A DNA stretch of 63,116 nt, filler included, from Reclinomonas americana ATCC 50394 (GCA_048213135.1; 14 parts of 14 records of this genome joined end to end with filler, not necessarily neighbours in it), one strand, 5' to 3'. Numbered from the whole stretch's first letter, positions 1 through 12,240 are shown. The notes: a model not told the origin generated them from the letters alone. Program-made: numbers and translations.

Positions 1-2375
1 CGTGCACTGCAAATGATTCGCGAGCACGAGGTCGCCATGCAGGCCAGCGGAGTGGGATTGCTCCCGATACCGCCACCGTCGCCGCAGGAGCAGGAACAGG
101 AGGAAAAGGGCGACGGCGACGCGGACAGCGGACGTGGTGTGTCGCCACCCGAGCCGGGCACGGGCGCCAGCAGCAGTTCGTCGTCGGCGGTCACCGCCAA
201 GCGGCTCATTCGCGTGCTGGTGCCGCTTCCGCCGCTGCAGGTGGGCGGAGGAGGGGCGAGTGGGAGTGGAGAGCGTGTGAGTCCGGGTCTGTCGCCGACG
301 TCGCGGGCCGCCGATGTGAAGCAGCGGTTGATGAGTTTGTGTCGGCATAATCGAGTGGCGGAGATTCGGTGAGGGGGGTGAAGGGGAAAGGGGAGAGAGG
401 GAAGGAGGGAAGGGAGAGGAGGGGAAGGGAGAAGGAAGGGGGGAGAGGGAAGAAAGAGGCAGGGAGACAGAGAGAAAGAGAGAAATTGGCGGAGAGAGAG
501 AGAGAGGAGGGAAGGGGGCAGTGAGAGATGGAGGAAGAAATTAGCAGGAGAAGAAGGCAAGGAGAAGGCGGAAGAGAGAAAGTGGCAGGGTAAAAGAGAC
601 CTCCTTCGTCTTGTCTCTCTTGTCCCCTGTCTATTCTCCCTGTCTCTTTTCGTAGGCAAAAGGCAAAAAGAAGCAGGCAGGGAGAAAGAGAGAGGGAGAA
701 TGAAGCAGTGAGAAAAATGCAAGGAGAAAGAGGCAGGGGGGAATGAAGCAGGAGAGCGAGAGAGAGAGAGAATTAGGGAGAAGAGACAAATAGAAAAGGC
801 ATCGAGAAAAAATGAAGGGAGAACGCGGCAGAGAATGGAGACATGAAGAAGGAGGCAGGGAGAAAGAGAGAGAGGGAGAATGAAGCAGTGAGAACGTGGC
901 AGGGAGAAAGAGGCAGGAGAACGAGGCAGGGAGAAAGAGGGAGAGGGGGAGAGAGAGAAAGCGAAAAATAGACCTCCTTCCTGTCTCTCTTTTCCCCTGC
1001 CTCTTTCTTCTTGTTCTTTGCTGTAGAGAAACGAAAAGGGGTAGGATGCAGGGAGAAAGAGACAGAGAGAAAGTGGTAAGGAGAAAGAGACAGAGGGAAT
1101 GAGGCTGGAAGCAAGTGTCAGGAAGAAAGGAGAGACAGAGAGATATGGACAGAATCAGGTTTAAAGGTTTTCAGAATGATGTAGGAGAGAATGGAGAGAA
1201 GGAAAGAGCGAGAGGGAGATCGACAAACTGACCCTTCTTTCATTCATATTACCAACCTTCTCACTTCTTGTCTCTGTCGCAGCTCTCTCCTCCGCCAGCA
1301 ATCGGAGGGCGACTGGCCCGCGCAGATGGCGCCACTGGTGGAGGTCCGTGACGGACATGGTAATACGCCGCTGTTGGTGGCTGCGCAGAATGGACACGTG
1401 CAGCTCATGAAGCTGCTGGTGGAGAATGGCGCGGATGCGCGTGCCAAGAATGTTGCGTGGGAGGGCCGGAAGGGGGGAAGGGAGAGAGGTGGCCTCTTGT
1501 TCGCCAAGTCTGTCGCGCACCATTCTGTGTGCTTTTTTCCGTCGGTCTCTCTGCGGCACTTACTTTTTCAGGCGCTACTTGCCTCTTGTTCTTCTCCCCT
1601 TGCCATGTTTCTGTTGTTGAATCCGTCTTCCTTCGATTCTTTCTCATCTTCATCTTTTTTCTCTCTCTGTCATCCGATCGATTTTCGATGCACCGTGGAA
1701 ACAAGGATTGGGTGCTCTCTCTCTCTCTCTTTCTCTATCTCTCGTTCTTTCTCCCTCTTCGGTGCATTTCTCTTTGTGTCTTGCACCGCTTTCTTCTCTT
1801 CTGTTGCCTTCCATCCATCGCTTGTGTTTCCGCGCTTCTTGTCTCTCTCTCTGTCTCACTCGCTCACTTTGCTTGTCTCCTTCTTTGCAAGCTTGATTTT
1901 ACTTAGAGTTCCAGCATAAAGTTTCCACACGCCACGCGCACTGAGCGCATCACATCCAGCATGTGCTTCTTCCGTCCGCGCTTCGCCTTCTCGCACTTCA
2001 GTTTTTGTTGCTTCCCTTGTCGTTCGTCTCCCTTGCATTTTCCGTCCTCCTTCTCTCTTTTCCCCTTCTCTCCCTTCCCCTCTCTTCCCTCTGCATCCCT
2101 TCCTCACACACTCTTTCCCTGCGCCACAGAATCACGACATGAGTGCGCTGTCCTTCGCCCTCAAGTTCAACAACCTGGCCTGCCGCGAGTACCTCGAACA
2201 GGTGCTGGATCAGTCGCGTGGCACCGGCGCTACTGCGACTGCCGCTGCGGCACGCAACGACGGCAAAAGAAAGTTGCCGATGACGGCCAGCGAGGGCGAG
2301 GCGGCAGATGAGGACACGGATCTGGTAATTACACCCGTGACGACGGCCACGGATCGGAGTGAGGCGGAAATGTAG
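1..2375 (+). CDS. Ankyrin-repeat protein, 3' part (5' end outside window); exons approx <1-368, 1282-1451, 2130-2375
   Basis: Spliced reading gives RDGHGNTPLLVAAQNGHVQLMKLLVENGADARAKN joined to NHDMSALSFALKFNNLACREYL, i.e. consecutive ankyrin repeats. GT-AG introns with GA/CT-rich content. TAG at 2373-2375. Confidence 0.75.
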
Positions 2376-3186
2376 GTTCCACACAAGCGGTGTTTTTTTG
2401 AGTGCTGGGGAGGGGGCATCTCTTCATTGCTGACAAATTAGCCCACTTTGGCGCTGGGAATCGCCTTTTGGGTAGTGAGGAGGTACTGCACGGAAGAGAT
2501 CGGCTCAAGATGAACTATGAATCCCGTTTGTTGATGGAGCAACGACTACTGCATTAAGAAGAGACAGATACGACGAGTAGCACGATGGATATGCTAGTGA
2601 CAGCCTGGCAGGCGGCCTGCTCTCGCAATCGCGCGCTGTCTCCCACTCTCCTTTCTCTCTCTCTCTCTGTGCCCATTTCTCGTACAGCCGACAGCCACAC
2701 ATAAATCCACAACTTCATAACAGCTCTCGCATCACCTGTTGGCTGGTTCCGCACAACAGCAATTCACGATGAACAAACAAGCAGCAAGCAAAAGCTACCA
2801 AATGCACAAGAACAGATATAGTGAGTGCTGTGCTCAACAATCTCTCTGCTGCACAAGCATACCTTGTGGATTGCCAGAGACGGTGCAGGGTAAGCAGATC
2901 GCTGCTGCTCGAGAGTGGCTGTTGAGTGCACCAGGTCGCGTTGAAGTTGAGAGACCCATTCCTCGATAGCAGCTCAATCGCGTTCCACGCATGCCACTAG
3001 TGCCACAGCCGCCGCCCTTGCTTGCTCCGCTGTTCGTGAAATGCGCTGCTCTTCGGCCAGCGCTTGCCCGGCATGCGGCCTGGCTTGTTCCGCGGCGCGC
3101 GAGTTGTGATCCAACTGTCGCCCTGGCTTGCTCCGCAGTACGTGAAATGCGCTGTTCTTCGGCCAGCGCTTGCTCGGCATGCTGCC

Positions 3187-6077
3187 TTACTCCGCGGCGC
3201 GCGAGTTGCGATCCGGCTGTGCCACTCGTTCATCAGCGCGTGCAATACGCTGCTCGTCGGCCAGCGCTTGCTCCAGCGTCCTGGCACGTTCTGATTCCGC
3301 AGCGCGCTGCTCCGTCGCTGACGCTTGTTCCTGAAGTGCCAGTCGCTCCTCCACAACAGCTCTGGCACGTTCCAGCTGCGCTACACGCTCCTCAGCAGCG
3401 CGTGAGATGCACTGCTCCTCAGCCAGTGCTTGCTCCTGCTGTGCCAGTCGCTCCTCCACCACAGCTCTGGCACGTTCCAGCTGCGCTACACGCTCCTCAG
3501 CAGCGCGTGAGATGCGCCGCTCCTCAGCCAGTGCATGCTCCGCTTGCGCAGCTCGCTCCGCCGCAAGCACTGTGTCTCGTTGCAGAAGGACCGCATTCTC
3601 CTCCAGCTGAACCACGCGCTGGCGGAGCCGCGCCACAGTGCCTTCGTACTGTCGGCGCTGGCGATTCCACTCTTGCTGCTGCAACTCCCGCTCTCGTTTC
3701 GCTGCGTCGAGCTCGCGCTGGAGTCGAGCGGTGTCGGCGGTGGCAGCAGCACCCTGCACGTATCACTTGTGAGACGAGCGATGGAGAATGAAGGTTACCA
3801 ACAGGGAGGAGTTCTCACCCGTTGTGTTGCGTCGGCTGCTGTGCGTTGGGCAAATAAGTCCGCGTTGTCAGCACGAACTCAGCACTGAAAGACAAGGCAA
3901 CGCACCTGGAGGCGAGGAAGCAGGAGGTGGTCGCAGTGGCTGTGCAGGCTGCGCGGTGAGGCGATCGAGCAACTCGGCCACTTGCTCCTTGCGGCCGTCG
4001 CGCGCCATCTTCGCCGCGGTCTTGCCCTCCTTGTTGACCATCGGAATGAGGTCGGGGTAACGAGTGGCGAGGAGTCGCACGATAGCCTCGTGGCCTCCAT
4101 AGGCCGCCAAGTGCAGCGCAGAGGCCTGGTCTTCTCTCGTGACCGCCAGCACCATCTTTGGCGGACATCGTCGCTCATCCGCCAGCAGCCACTCCACCAC
4201 TGGCAAATGCCCGTCGCGGGCCGCCGTCATCAGCGCCGTCTGGCCGTATCCATCGACCAACTGTGCGAGCTCTGAGCCCACACCACTCTCCGCCCACAAG
4301 TACTCCAGCACCGAGAGGCGGCCGAGACGTGCGGCACTGTGAAATGCCGAGTTGCCGAGCATGTCCATCTCCTCCCTCCGCAGCAACGTCCGAGCGCCCT
4401 CACGCGCCACCAGTTCGCGCAGTGCTTCGACTTCGCCACACCTCGCCATCTCGTACGCCCTCTTCCTTGGTAGTGGCGGTGGTGGAGGAGGTGGGGGAGG
4501 AGGATCACTGTGCAAGTCCACAGGCACTCAGTATACTTGAAGGACGTGAGTGAACAAGAATGGAGAGCACTACAAACCCTGCACCGCTGCTGTGCGGCAA
4601 CTCTGGCTGCCGATGGAGTTGGACGACGGAGGCATCATCCGCAGTCTGCGTGTGGAAACGAGAGGTCTGAGTTGGAGAAAGACACAGAGCAGCAACTGCG
4701 GCGATTCAGTCTCACCACCCGCAACGTGTCGGCTGCTTCAGTAATAGAGGTGATGAGAAGATGAGCACAAGGACTAAAGCATGCAACGCTGGACACACCT
4801 GGCGAAGAGAAAACAGACTGAGGTTGCTGCAGCTGCGTCTGGACAGTGTGCACATAGAAACGAGTTGGAGAGAGCCCGCAGAGCAGCTCTTGCAGCGATT
4901 TCAGGTCTCACCTCCCGCACCGTGTCGGCTGCTTCAGTCAAAGAGAGTGAGGAGAGGATCGCACAGGCCACGCTGAAAAAAGTGAAGAGCAATGCGCATC
5001 GACGCACCTGGTGAGGAAACAAGCTGGAGGGGGACGACGGAGGCATCATCCGCAGTCTGCATGTTGAAACGAGAGTTGGAGAGAGCTCACAGAGGAGCAA
5101 CCGCAGCAATTCAGGTCTCACCTCCCGTACTTCACTGGCGGCTTCAGTAATAGAGAGTGATGAGAAGATGAGCACACAGACTGAGCATGCAACGTTGAGC
5201 GCACCTGGAGGTGAGGAGACAGACTGAGGTTGCTGCTGCTGCCTCTGGACAGTCTGCACATAGAAACGAGTTGGAGAGAGCCCGCAGTGCAGCTCTTGCA
5301 GCGATTCAGGTCTCACCTCCCGTACTTCACTGGCAGCTTCAGTCAACGAGAGTGATGAGAAGATAAGCACACAGACTGAGCATGCAATGTTGAGCGCACC
5401 TGGTAAAGAGGAAACAGACTGAGATGGAGGAGGCACAACGAGATGGTCCAGCAGCTTGCCCACATGCTGCATGCCACACTCGCGAGCCCACTGCGCCGCC
5501 GTCTTGCCCTCGTCGTTGACCATCGGAACGAGGTCGGGAAAGCGCGTGGCGAGCAGTTGCACAACGGCTTCGTGGCCATTCCGCGCCGCCCAATGCAACG
5601 CCGTGCGCTGCTCAACAGTGACCGCCCGTGCTTGTTCCACCGGGCATCGTCGCTCATCGGCCAGCAGCCACTCGACCACTGGCAAATGGCCGCGCAAGGC
5701 AGCAATCATGAGCGGAGTCACGCCACTGGTGGTGACCAACTGTGAGAGTTGTGCCCCGACACCACTGCTCTCCTCCCACAGGTACTCCATTGTGGAGAGG
5801 TGGCCATTGCGAGCGGCCCACTGATATGCCGACTGGTTGTACTCGTCCATTTCTTCGCGTTGGAGCAGAGTGTGGGCGCCCTCGCGTGTGACGAGTTCGC
5901 GCAGGGCTTTTATGTCGCCATCTCTTCCCATTTCCCAGGCTTTCTTCCTGGGAGGGAGGAGGAGGAAGGAAAAGGAGAAGTGAGGCAGTGGAAAGGTGAG
6001 GGAGTGCGCAGTTGTCAAGAGTAAAAAAAAAACCTGGTGTTGGCATTGCCTGTGGCGCCACTGTGAGCGGCGCCCAT
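3187..6077 (-). CDS. Ankyrin-ankyrin-coiled-coil protein, kinase-less paralogue ('gene B'); possibly a truncated or decaying copy
   Basis: ATG at 6077 (MGAAHSGATGNANTR|KKAWEMGRDG). Ankyrin blocks approx 5400-5948 and 3906-4490. Repeated small linker exons at 4580-5337. Coiled-coil exon from about 3753 ends at TAA 3187-3189. Frameshifted coiled-coil remnant continues to about 2860 and no kinase follows. Confidence 0.75.
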
Positions 6078-6654
6078 TGTGTGTGTGAGAGAGAGACAGA
6101 GAGAGTGAGTGAGTGAGTGAGTGAGCGAGAGAGAGAGAGAGAGACGAGAGAGAGAGGGAGAGAAACCGAACAACAGGACAAACTATTCTCCGAAGAGCGA
6201 TGGGAGAGTGGGGCGTGCAAGAAAGAATTGAGACTGGAGCGGCGATAGACAACATGCAGAGGGGAAAAAATGACATGCCGTCCATTACATACAACTGCAT
6301 ATTTCTCTCAATCGACGTCGAACTCTCAAGATCTTTCCTCACATGGGGCGCCATCTCATTCTCCACTGATTTACTTTTCGTGTGTGTCGGTCCTCGCTGC
6401 ATATCATCGTGCATTGCTGCACCTTCTGCACTCGGTGCACGTGGAGAGATGATGGGCCCGCGGGCCACATGCACGTCGGACAGCTGAACGTCATCGCCAA
6501 CGTGGCGGAGCACACGATATGAGGTGGATAAGAAGCGGTACACACTGTGAGGGAGTGAGTGCCGTGTTCTGCCTCAGCTTCAACCGATCCACTGCTGTGC
6601 CTGGCTGCACACAGAAGCGGGCGAGTTGTTGCACAGTCGCAGCTCCGAGCAGCC

Positions 6655-9600
6655 TCACTGGAGCTCCAGCGTGAAATCACCCAGCTTCTCTCGCAGCTCG
6701 CACATCACGGCCTTGGCTTGCTCCGCAATCGGACGGTCAAAGAGCAGAGACATGCATCTGCAGGCACAGATAAGTGCCGCACGCAAACACACACTCCCAC
6801 CTTCCTCCAACGACAACGCAACTGCACTCCCAGCTTCAACATGCCACGCGCCACATCCTCCCGCCACTCGCCTGCCGTGCGGTCCGCCTCGGCCATCGCG
6901 TCCACCGCGTCTAGCGACCGCTCCCACACACGAGCCTGATCCACCAGCACATGCGCTTCGCGACCCGTCAGCAGCTGTAGGAGGATCAAGCCGAGAGCGT
7001 ACATGTCCATTGGGAGGCGAATTTTGCACGATTGCAAGAAGAGTGGGTCGATGTAGAACGTCGAGCCGGAGCGCGTCATGGTGTGGCGGTGTGTCTGCAG
7101 ATGGGGAAAAGGTGAGCTGAGCAACTTGCAGAGAGAAAGATCGTAGTAGCGGACCTCTCCCTCGTCAAAGACACGAGCAATGCCAAAGTCACCGACGCGC
7201 GGCTCACATCGGTTGTCGAGGAGGATGTTGGAGGGTTTAAGGTCCCGGTGCACCACGTCATTCTGTGGAGGGACAGGAGGTGTGGGAATGGGTCTTTCTC
7301 CTCTCTTCTTCTCTCATTGTCTCGGAACGAAGCCTTGCAGCACAAACATCGTGACCCTCACCTGATGCAGGAAGCACACACCCTCAGCGATGCCGAGTCC
7401 GATTTGCAATCGCTCTTTTACCGTCAGCGGCTGCATGTCGGCCGATCGGTTAAACAGCCGCTTCTCAAGATCGTGTCCACTGGGGTGTGTTCCTGGTGGT
7501 CAGCGACAAAGAGGGTAGAAAGGCCACAGCTTGTCTCGTTCTCCCGTCTGTTACGGTCACCTCAATCCTTCTCTTGCCACCGCATCTTGCACTTCCACTT
7601 GCTAACTGGTACATCTGGCACACCTGAGGCCACGCTGCCCTTCGTGTTTTCTATTTCTCTTCGTGGTCGCCGCCCTCGCCTGTCCTTACACGCAGTGTCC
7701 TCTCGTCACAATGCATCTCCAACTGGATCACCCATTGCATTCTCCAATGCCCCTTCACTTCTACCCCTCGCCTGTCCTTACACGTAATGCGCTCTCTTCA
7801 CGATGCATTCCAGTCAAACTACTACTTACTTCCTCTAGTCTCTTGCCACCGTTCGCTCCAATGACGCCCCCTCGCCTGTCCTTGCTGCTACTACCCCCTC
7901 ATCCTTCTACACTGCCGTCTGCTAGTCAAGGCGCCCACTTCTCACTCATATCATTCGAAGACAACAGGACTCGCACCGCCACCTCCCCTAACTTCCACTC
8001 ACCGCATGGCTCGATACACCAAACACCTCTCCCTCGTACCATCGTCCGCAAGCGTTGCATACCCAAGCAGAGGAACAAGTCGGCAATGATACAAACGCCC
8101 AATGGTGTTCATCTGCAACATCACTGACGAATGAGCACACAAACTCACTCAACCCCCTTTCCTCTCTGCGCACCTCCGCATCATACGACTCCATTGCCCA
8201 CGGCGCGGTGCTGTCGATCCGCTTGATGGCCACATCCTCACCGTCCAGCAAGCACAGATACACCTCGCCTTGACCGCCCTCACCGGCCTTGTAGCGCCGG
8301 TGGAAGGATTCGGTGGCGGAGACCACGTCGGCCCAGCCGTACTTGCGCAGGCGGCCGGGATGTGTCGCTGGCAGGATGGATAAGAGACGGCGGTTGATGT
8401 GAACAGCAACCTCCCTGCTGTGCATCCAAACCTTGCAGATTGCTCAACTCGCGGCGGAGACGATCGACTTGGCGAGTCAAGTCAGCGGCACGCTGCTTCT
8501 CGGTGGCAAGCGACTGCTCGAGGGCAGCACACCGCGCTTCAGCTGCTCGCTCCATGTCGCGTTGAAGTTGGGCAACTCGTTCCTGGAAAGCTGCTACTTG
8601 CTCCGTCGCCGCCGCTCTGGCGTCACGTATGTTTTGCTCAAGCTCGGCATTGGCGCGCTCCAGCTGCGCTGCACAATCCTTAGCAGCGCGTGAGATGCGC
8701 TGCTCTTCGGCCAGTGCCCGCGCCGCTTCTGCCGCGTCTCGATGAAGAAGAACTGCATTCTCCTCCAGCTGAACAACGCGGTGACGCAGCTGGGCCATGG
8801 AGCCTTCATGCTCACGGCGCTGCTGTTCGCGTTGCTGCTCAAGATCGTGAACCTGCTGCTCGCGCTCGTGTTTTGCTGCATCGAGCTCGCATTGGAGTCG
8901 GGCGACATCGGCAGCATTAGCAGCAGCAGCCTGCATTTTTGGAGAGAGATCAGAGATGGAGAATGAGAAACTCAAAGTGACGACAGTAGAAGCGATGAGT
9001 TTTCACCTGGTCTGCTGCAGGTTTGGAGTACAGTGCGTGTTTCGCCGACGTGTCAGCGAACAAGATGCAAGGCTTCAACACGAGGTGACGCACAGAATTG
9101 ATACTCACCTTGAGGGGTAGAAGAAAGAATAGGCGGTTGTGGCTGCGGCTGTGGTGGTGGTAGTGCTTGTTGCTCCGCAGAGAGGCGATCGAGCAACTTG
9201 GCCGCATGCAGCTTGCCACAGTGAAGTGCCCACTGAGCCGCCGTCTTGCCATTCTCGTTGACCATGGGAACGAGAGCGGGAAAGCGAGTGGCGAGGAGCT
9301 GCACAATGGCTTCGTGGCCGTTTATGGCAGCCCAATGTAGTGCAGTGGACCGTGGATCACTGGATCGAACGTTGGAGACCGCCCGCACCATCTCCGGCGG
9401 ACATCGTCGTTCGTCGGCAAGCAACCACTCCACCACTTGTAGATGCCCATTGTAGGCAGCCGTCATCAACGGCGTCCAGCCGTCGTCGGCGACATTTTGT
9501 GCGAGTTGTGGCCCGACATCGCTCTCCTCCCACAAACACTCCAACACAGGGAGATGGCCATGACGCGCGGCATAGTAAAATGCCGACCTGCCACCAGAAC

Positions 9601-9754
9601 TCATCTCCTCCCTGCTCAGTAAATTCTGCGCGCCCTCACTCGCCACCAACTCGCGAAGTGCCGTCACATCGCCATCCCTTGCCATTTCCCATGCATTCTT
9701 CTTCTGAGGTGGAGGTGGTGGTGGTGGTGGTGGTGGTGGTGGGTGGGGGAGGAG

Positions 9755-9785
<31 letters not shown>

Positions 9786-10961
9786 AGGAGAAAGTGCACT
9801 GCACACCCAAGATTCAGTGAACGGCAAGTTATATAAGAATGCACAATAGCAATACACACCTGGAGGCGCTGCTGCTGCCGCCAGCTTCGTTTCGCTGCTG
9901 CAACTCTGACTGTTGCTGGAATCGTTGGAGCATGCGGAAACGAAAAGTCAGAGGTGGAGAAGGAGAGACAAAGCAACACAGAGTAGCAATTCGGTCTCAC
10001 CTCCCGATTGGCGTCGACTGCGAATGTCAAAGTACAGCGGAGAGGTGATATGCAGCGAGAACGAAGAGAGAGAGAGAGAGACAGTGAGAGTGCATGCATC
10101 TCTGTGATTGTGCTGATCTCTCTCTCTCTCTCTCTCTCTCTCGTCTTTCTGTGACCTTGCTTGCCTCTCCTCGTCTTTTCTTCCCACAATGGTGAGGCTG
10201 TCTCTTCAGAAAACTCCTCGTCCTCTCCTCTCCTTCTTCCAAAGCTCTTCCCCCTATCAATCGACGCACCTGGTGGAAGAGGTTGTGACTGCCATTCCTG
10301 CAGTTGTGGGGGTGGTGGTAGTGGTGGTGGTGCGGACTGGTCAGCGAGACGATCGAGCAACCCGGCCACTTCGTGCTTGCCGTTGTCGCGTGCCACCTGA
10401 GCCGCCGTCTTGCCCTTCGCGTCGACGTTCAGAATGAGGTCGGGGAAGCGAGTGGCGAGGAGTCGCGCAATGGCTTCGTGTCCTCCCAGAGCAGCATAAT
10501 GCAGTGCAGTATAGTCGAATTTGTTGATCGCCCGCACCATCTCCGGTGGACATCGTCGCTCATCGGCAAGCAACCACTCCACCACTCGCAGATGCCCATA
10601 GAAGGCAGCCGCCATCAATGGCGTGTAGCCATAGTCGTTGACCGTTTGTGCGAGTTGCGGCCCGACGCCACTCTCCTCCCACAAATACTCCAACACAGAG
10701 AGATGTCCCCTTTGAGCGGCATAGTAAAATGCCGAGCGGCCATACGATCCCATCTCTTCTCTCTGCAGGAGAGTCTGAGAGCCCTCACTCACCACCAACT
10801 CGCACAGTGCCTTCACATCGCCCGCCTCTGCCATCTTCCATGCTTTTTTCCTTTATAAGCACGGCACACACATTCAATTAATACGTAACAAAGTGAGCCA
10901 CAGCAGGGGAAAAAGCAAACCTCCTTCCACTTCCAGTGGCTCCATTCTGTGCGGCACCCAT
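6655..10961 (-). CDS. Ankyrin x2 blocks - coiled coil - IRAK/Pelle/RLK-type Ser/Thr kinase ('gene A'), N-terminal Met-Gly
   Basis: ATG at 10961 (MGAAQNGATGSGRR|KKAWKMAEAG). ANK blocks approx 10270-10851 and 9109-9705. Coiled-coil exon 8432-8930. Kinase exons 8174-8367 (GEGGQGEVY, VAIKR), 8003-8112 (HCRLVPLLGY..CLVY), 7362-7479 (PLTVKERLQIGLGIAEGVCFLH), 7155-7262 (HRDLKPSNILLD..DFG), 6823-7094 (GSTFYIDP, DMYALGLILLQLLTG) and 6655-6757 (CMSLLFDRP) are phase-consistent. There is an apparent 1-nt frame discrepancy in the poly-Pro tract near 9740. Confidence 0.85.
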
Positions 10962-11329
10962 AGGTCGTGTGTGTACGTGTGGAGAAAGACAAAAATCTCA
11001 AAACCCGGACACAGTCAAATCACGCGATCGCGACACCCAAATCACGGCCAAACCAAGTCCTGTCAACAAGAGGACGACCCGTCACCGCAGCCCAAAGAGA
11101 TAGGGCGTGAAAGGGTGAGCATGCAGCAGCGAAGAAGGTGACGTGACACCACCCAACCCTCCTACAAAATTCGGATTTTCCGCCGACGTCGACGTCACTT
11201 CTTTCTTCACACCCTCTCCATCACCCGTTCACTTCTGGCCAATAAGAAGTCGTCTTCACTCTCCCCGTTACACCAATGCGTTAGCATTGACATGCAATTA
11301 CTTTATCAAAGATATTCCGATCCGAGTTG

Positions 11330-11760
11330 TTCTGCGATCCCTCACGCGCCACCGACTCATGCAGTGTCTTCATATCACCCTCCTTCGCCATCGCCCATGC
11401 CTTCTTCCTCGTCGGTTGTGGAGGGGGAGGAGGAAGAGGAGGAGGAGGAGGAGCACTGCGCACAACCACAATTCTGCAGTCAATACCGCGTAATGGAAGA
11501 GCGCATAGTAGCAAATACAAACCCTGCGGAATCATTTCGCTGCTGTCTCTCTCGTTGTCGCTGCAGTCGGTCGACGGCAGCTCCATCGACAGACTGCACG
11601 CGGAAACGAGAGACGACAGAGCAGCACAGAGAATCTCACCCCTCGAACTGCACCTTCGTCGGCTGCTGCTTCACACTACAGACAGCGAAGAGAAGATGAG
11701 CGACCGGCCACTACCGAGACGTGAACACTGAGGATGCATCGTCGACACACCTGAAGCCGA
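11330..11760 (-). pseudogene. Remnant of linker exons plus a truncated ankyrin block from the same family
   Basis: PPPPPQPTRKKAWAMAKEGDMKTLHESVAREGSQN matches the start of the ANK blocks of genes A and B but breaks off near 11330. Upstream sequence resembles the mini-exon/linker introns. No start exon and no downstream domains. Confidence 0.6.
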
Positions 11761-11798
11761 AGATACAAAACTTGGATGGCGGTCAACACCAAGCAGCC

Positions 11799-12240
11799 TC
11801 ACTGGAGCTCTAAAGTAAACCCACCCAACTTCTCGCGCAGCTCGCAGATCACGGCCTTGGCTTGCTCCGCAATCGGACGGTCAAAGAACAGAGACATGCA
11901 TCTGCAGGCACAGATAAGTGCCGCACGCAAACACACACTCCCACCTTCCTCCAACGACAACGCAACTGCACTCCCAGCTTCAACATGCCACGCGCCACAT
12001 CCTCCCGCCACTCGCCGGCCGTGCGGTCCGCCTCGGCCATCGCGTCCACCGCGTCTAGCGACCGCTCCCACCGACGAGCCTGGTCCACCAGCAGACGTGC
12101 TTCACGACCCGTCAGCAGCTGCAGGAGGATCAAGCCGAGAGCGTACATGTCCATTGGGAGACAGATCTTGCACGTTTGCATAAAGAGCGGGTCGACGTAG
12201 AATGGCGAGCCGGAGCGTGTCATCGTGTGGCGGTGTGTCT
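11799..12240 (-). CDS. C-lobe of a further IRAK/Pelle-type kinase paralogue ('gene C'); 5' part lies in the assembly gap
   Basis: THRHTMTRSGSPFYVDPLFMQTCKICLPMDMYALGLILLQLLTG...CMSLFFDRP...LELQ* is a close copy of 6655-7094, including the last intron. Confidence 0.85.

Noticed and set aside
4774..6543. 589-aa ORF (and the 593-aa ORF 9053-10834) as intronless ankyrin proteins
   Set aside because: They read through microsatellite-containing introns; phase-consistent GT-AG models shared between paralogues explain the region better.
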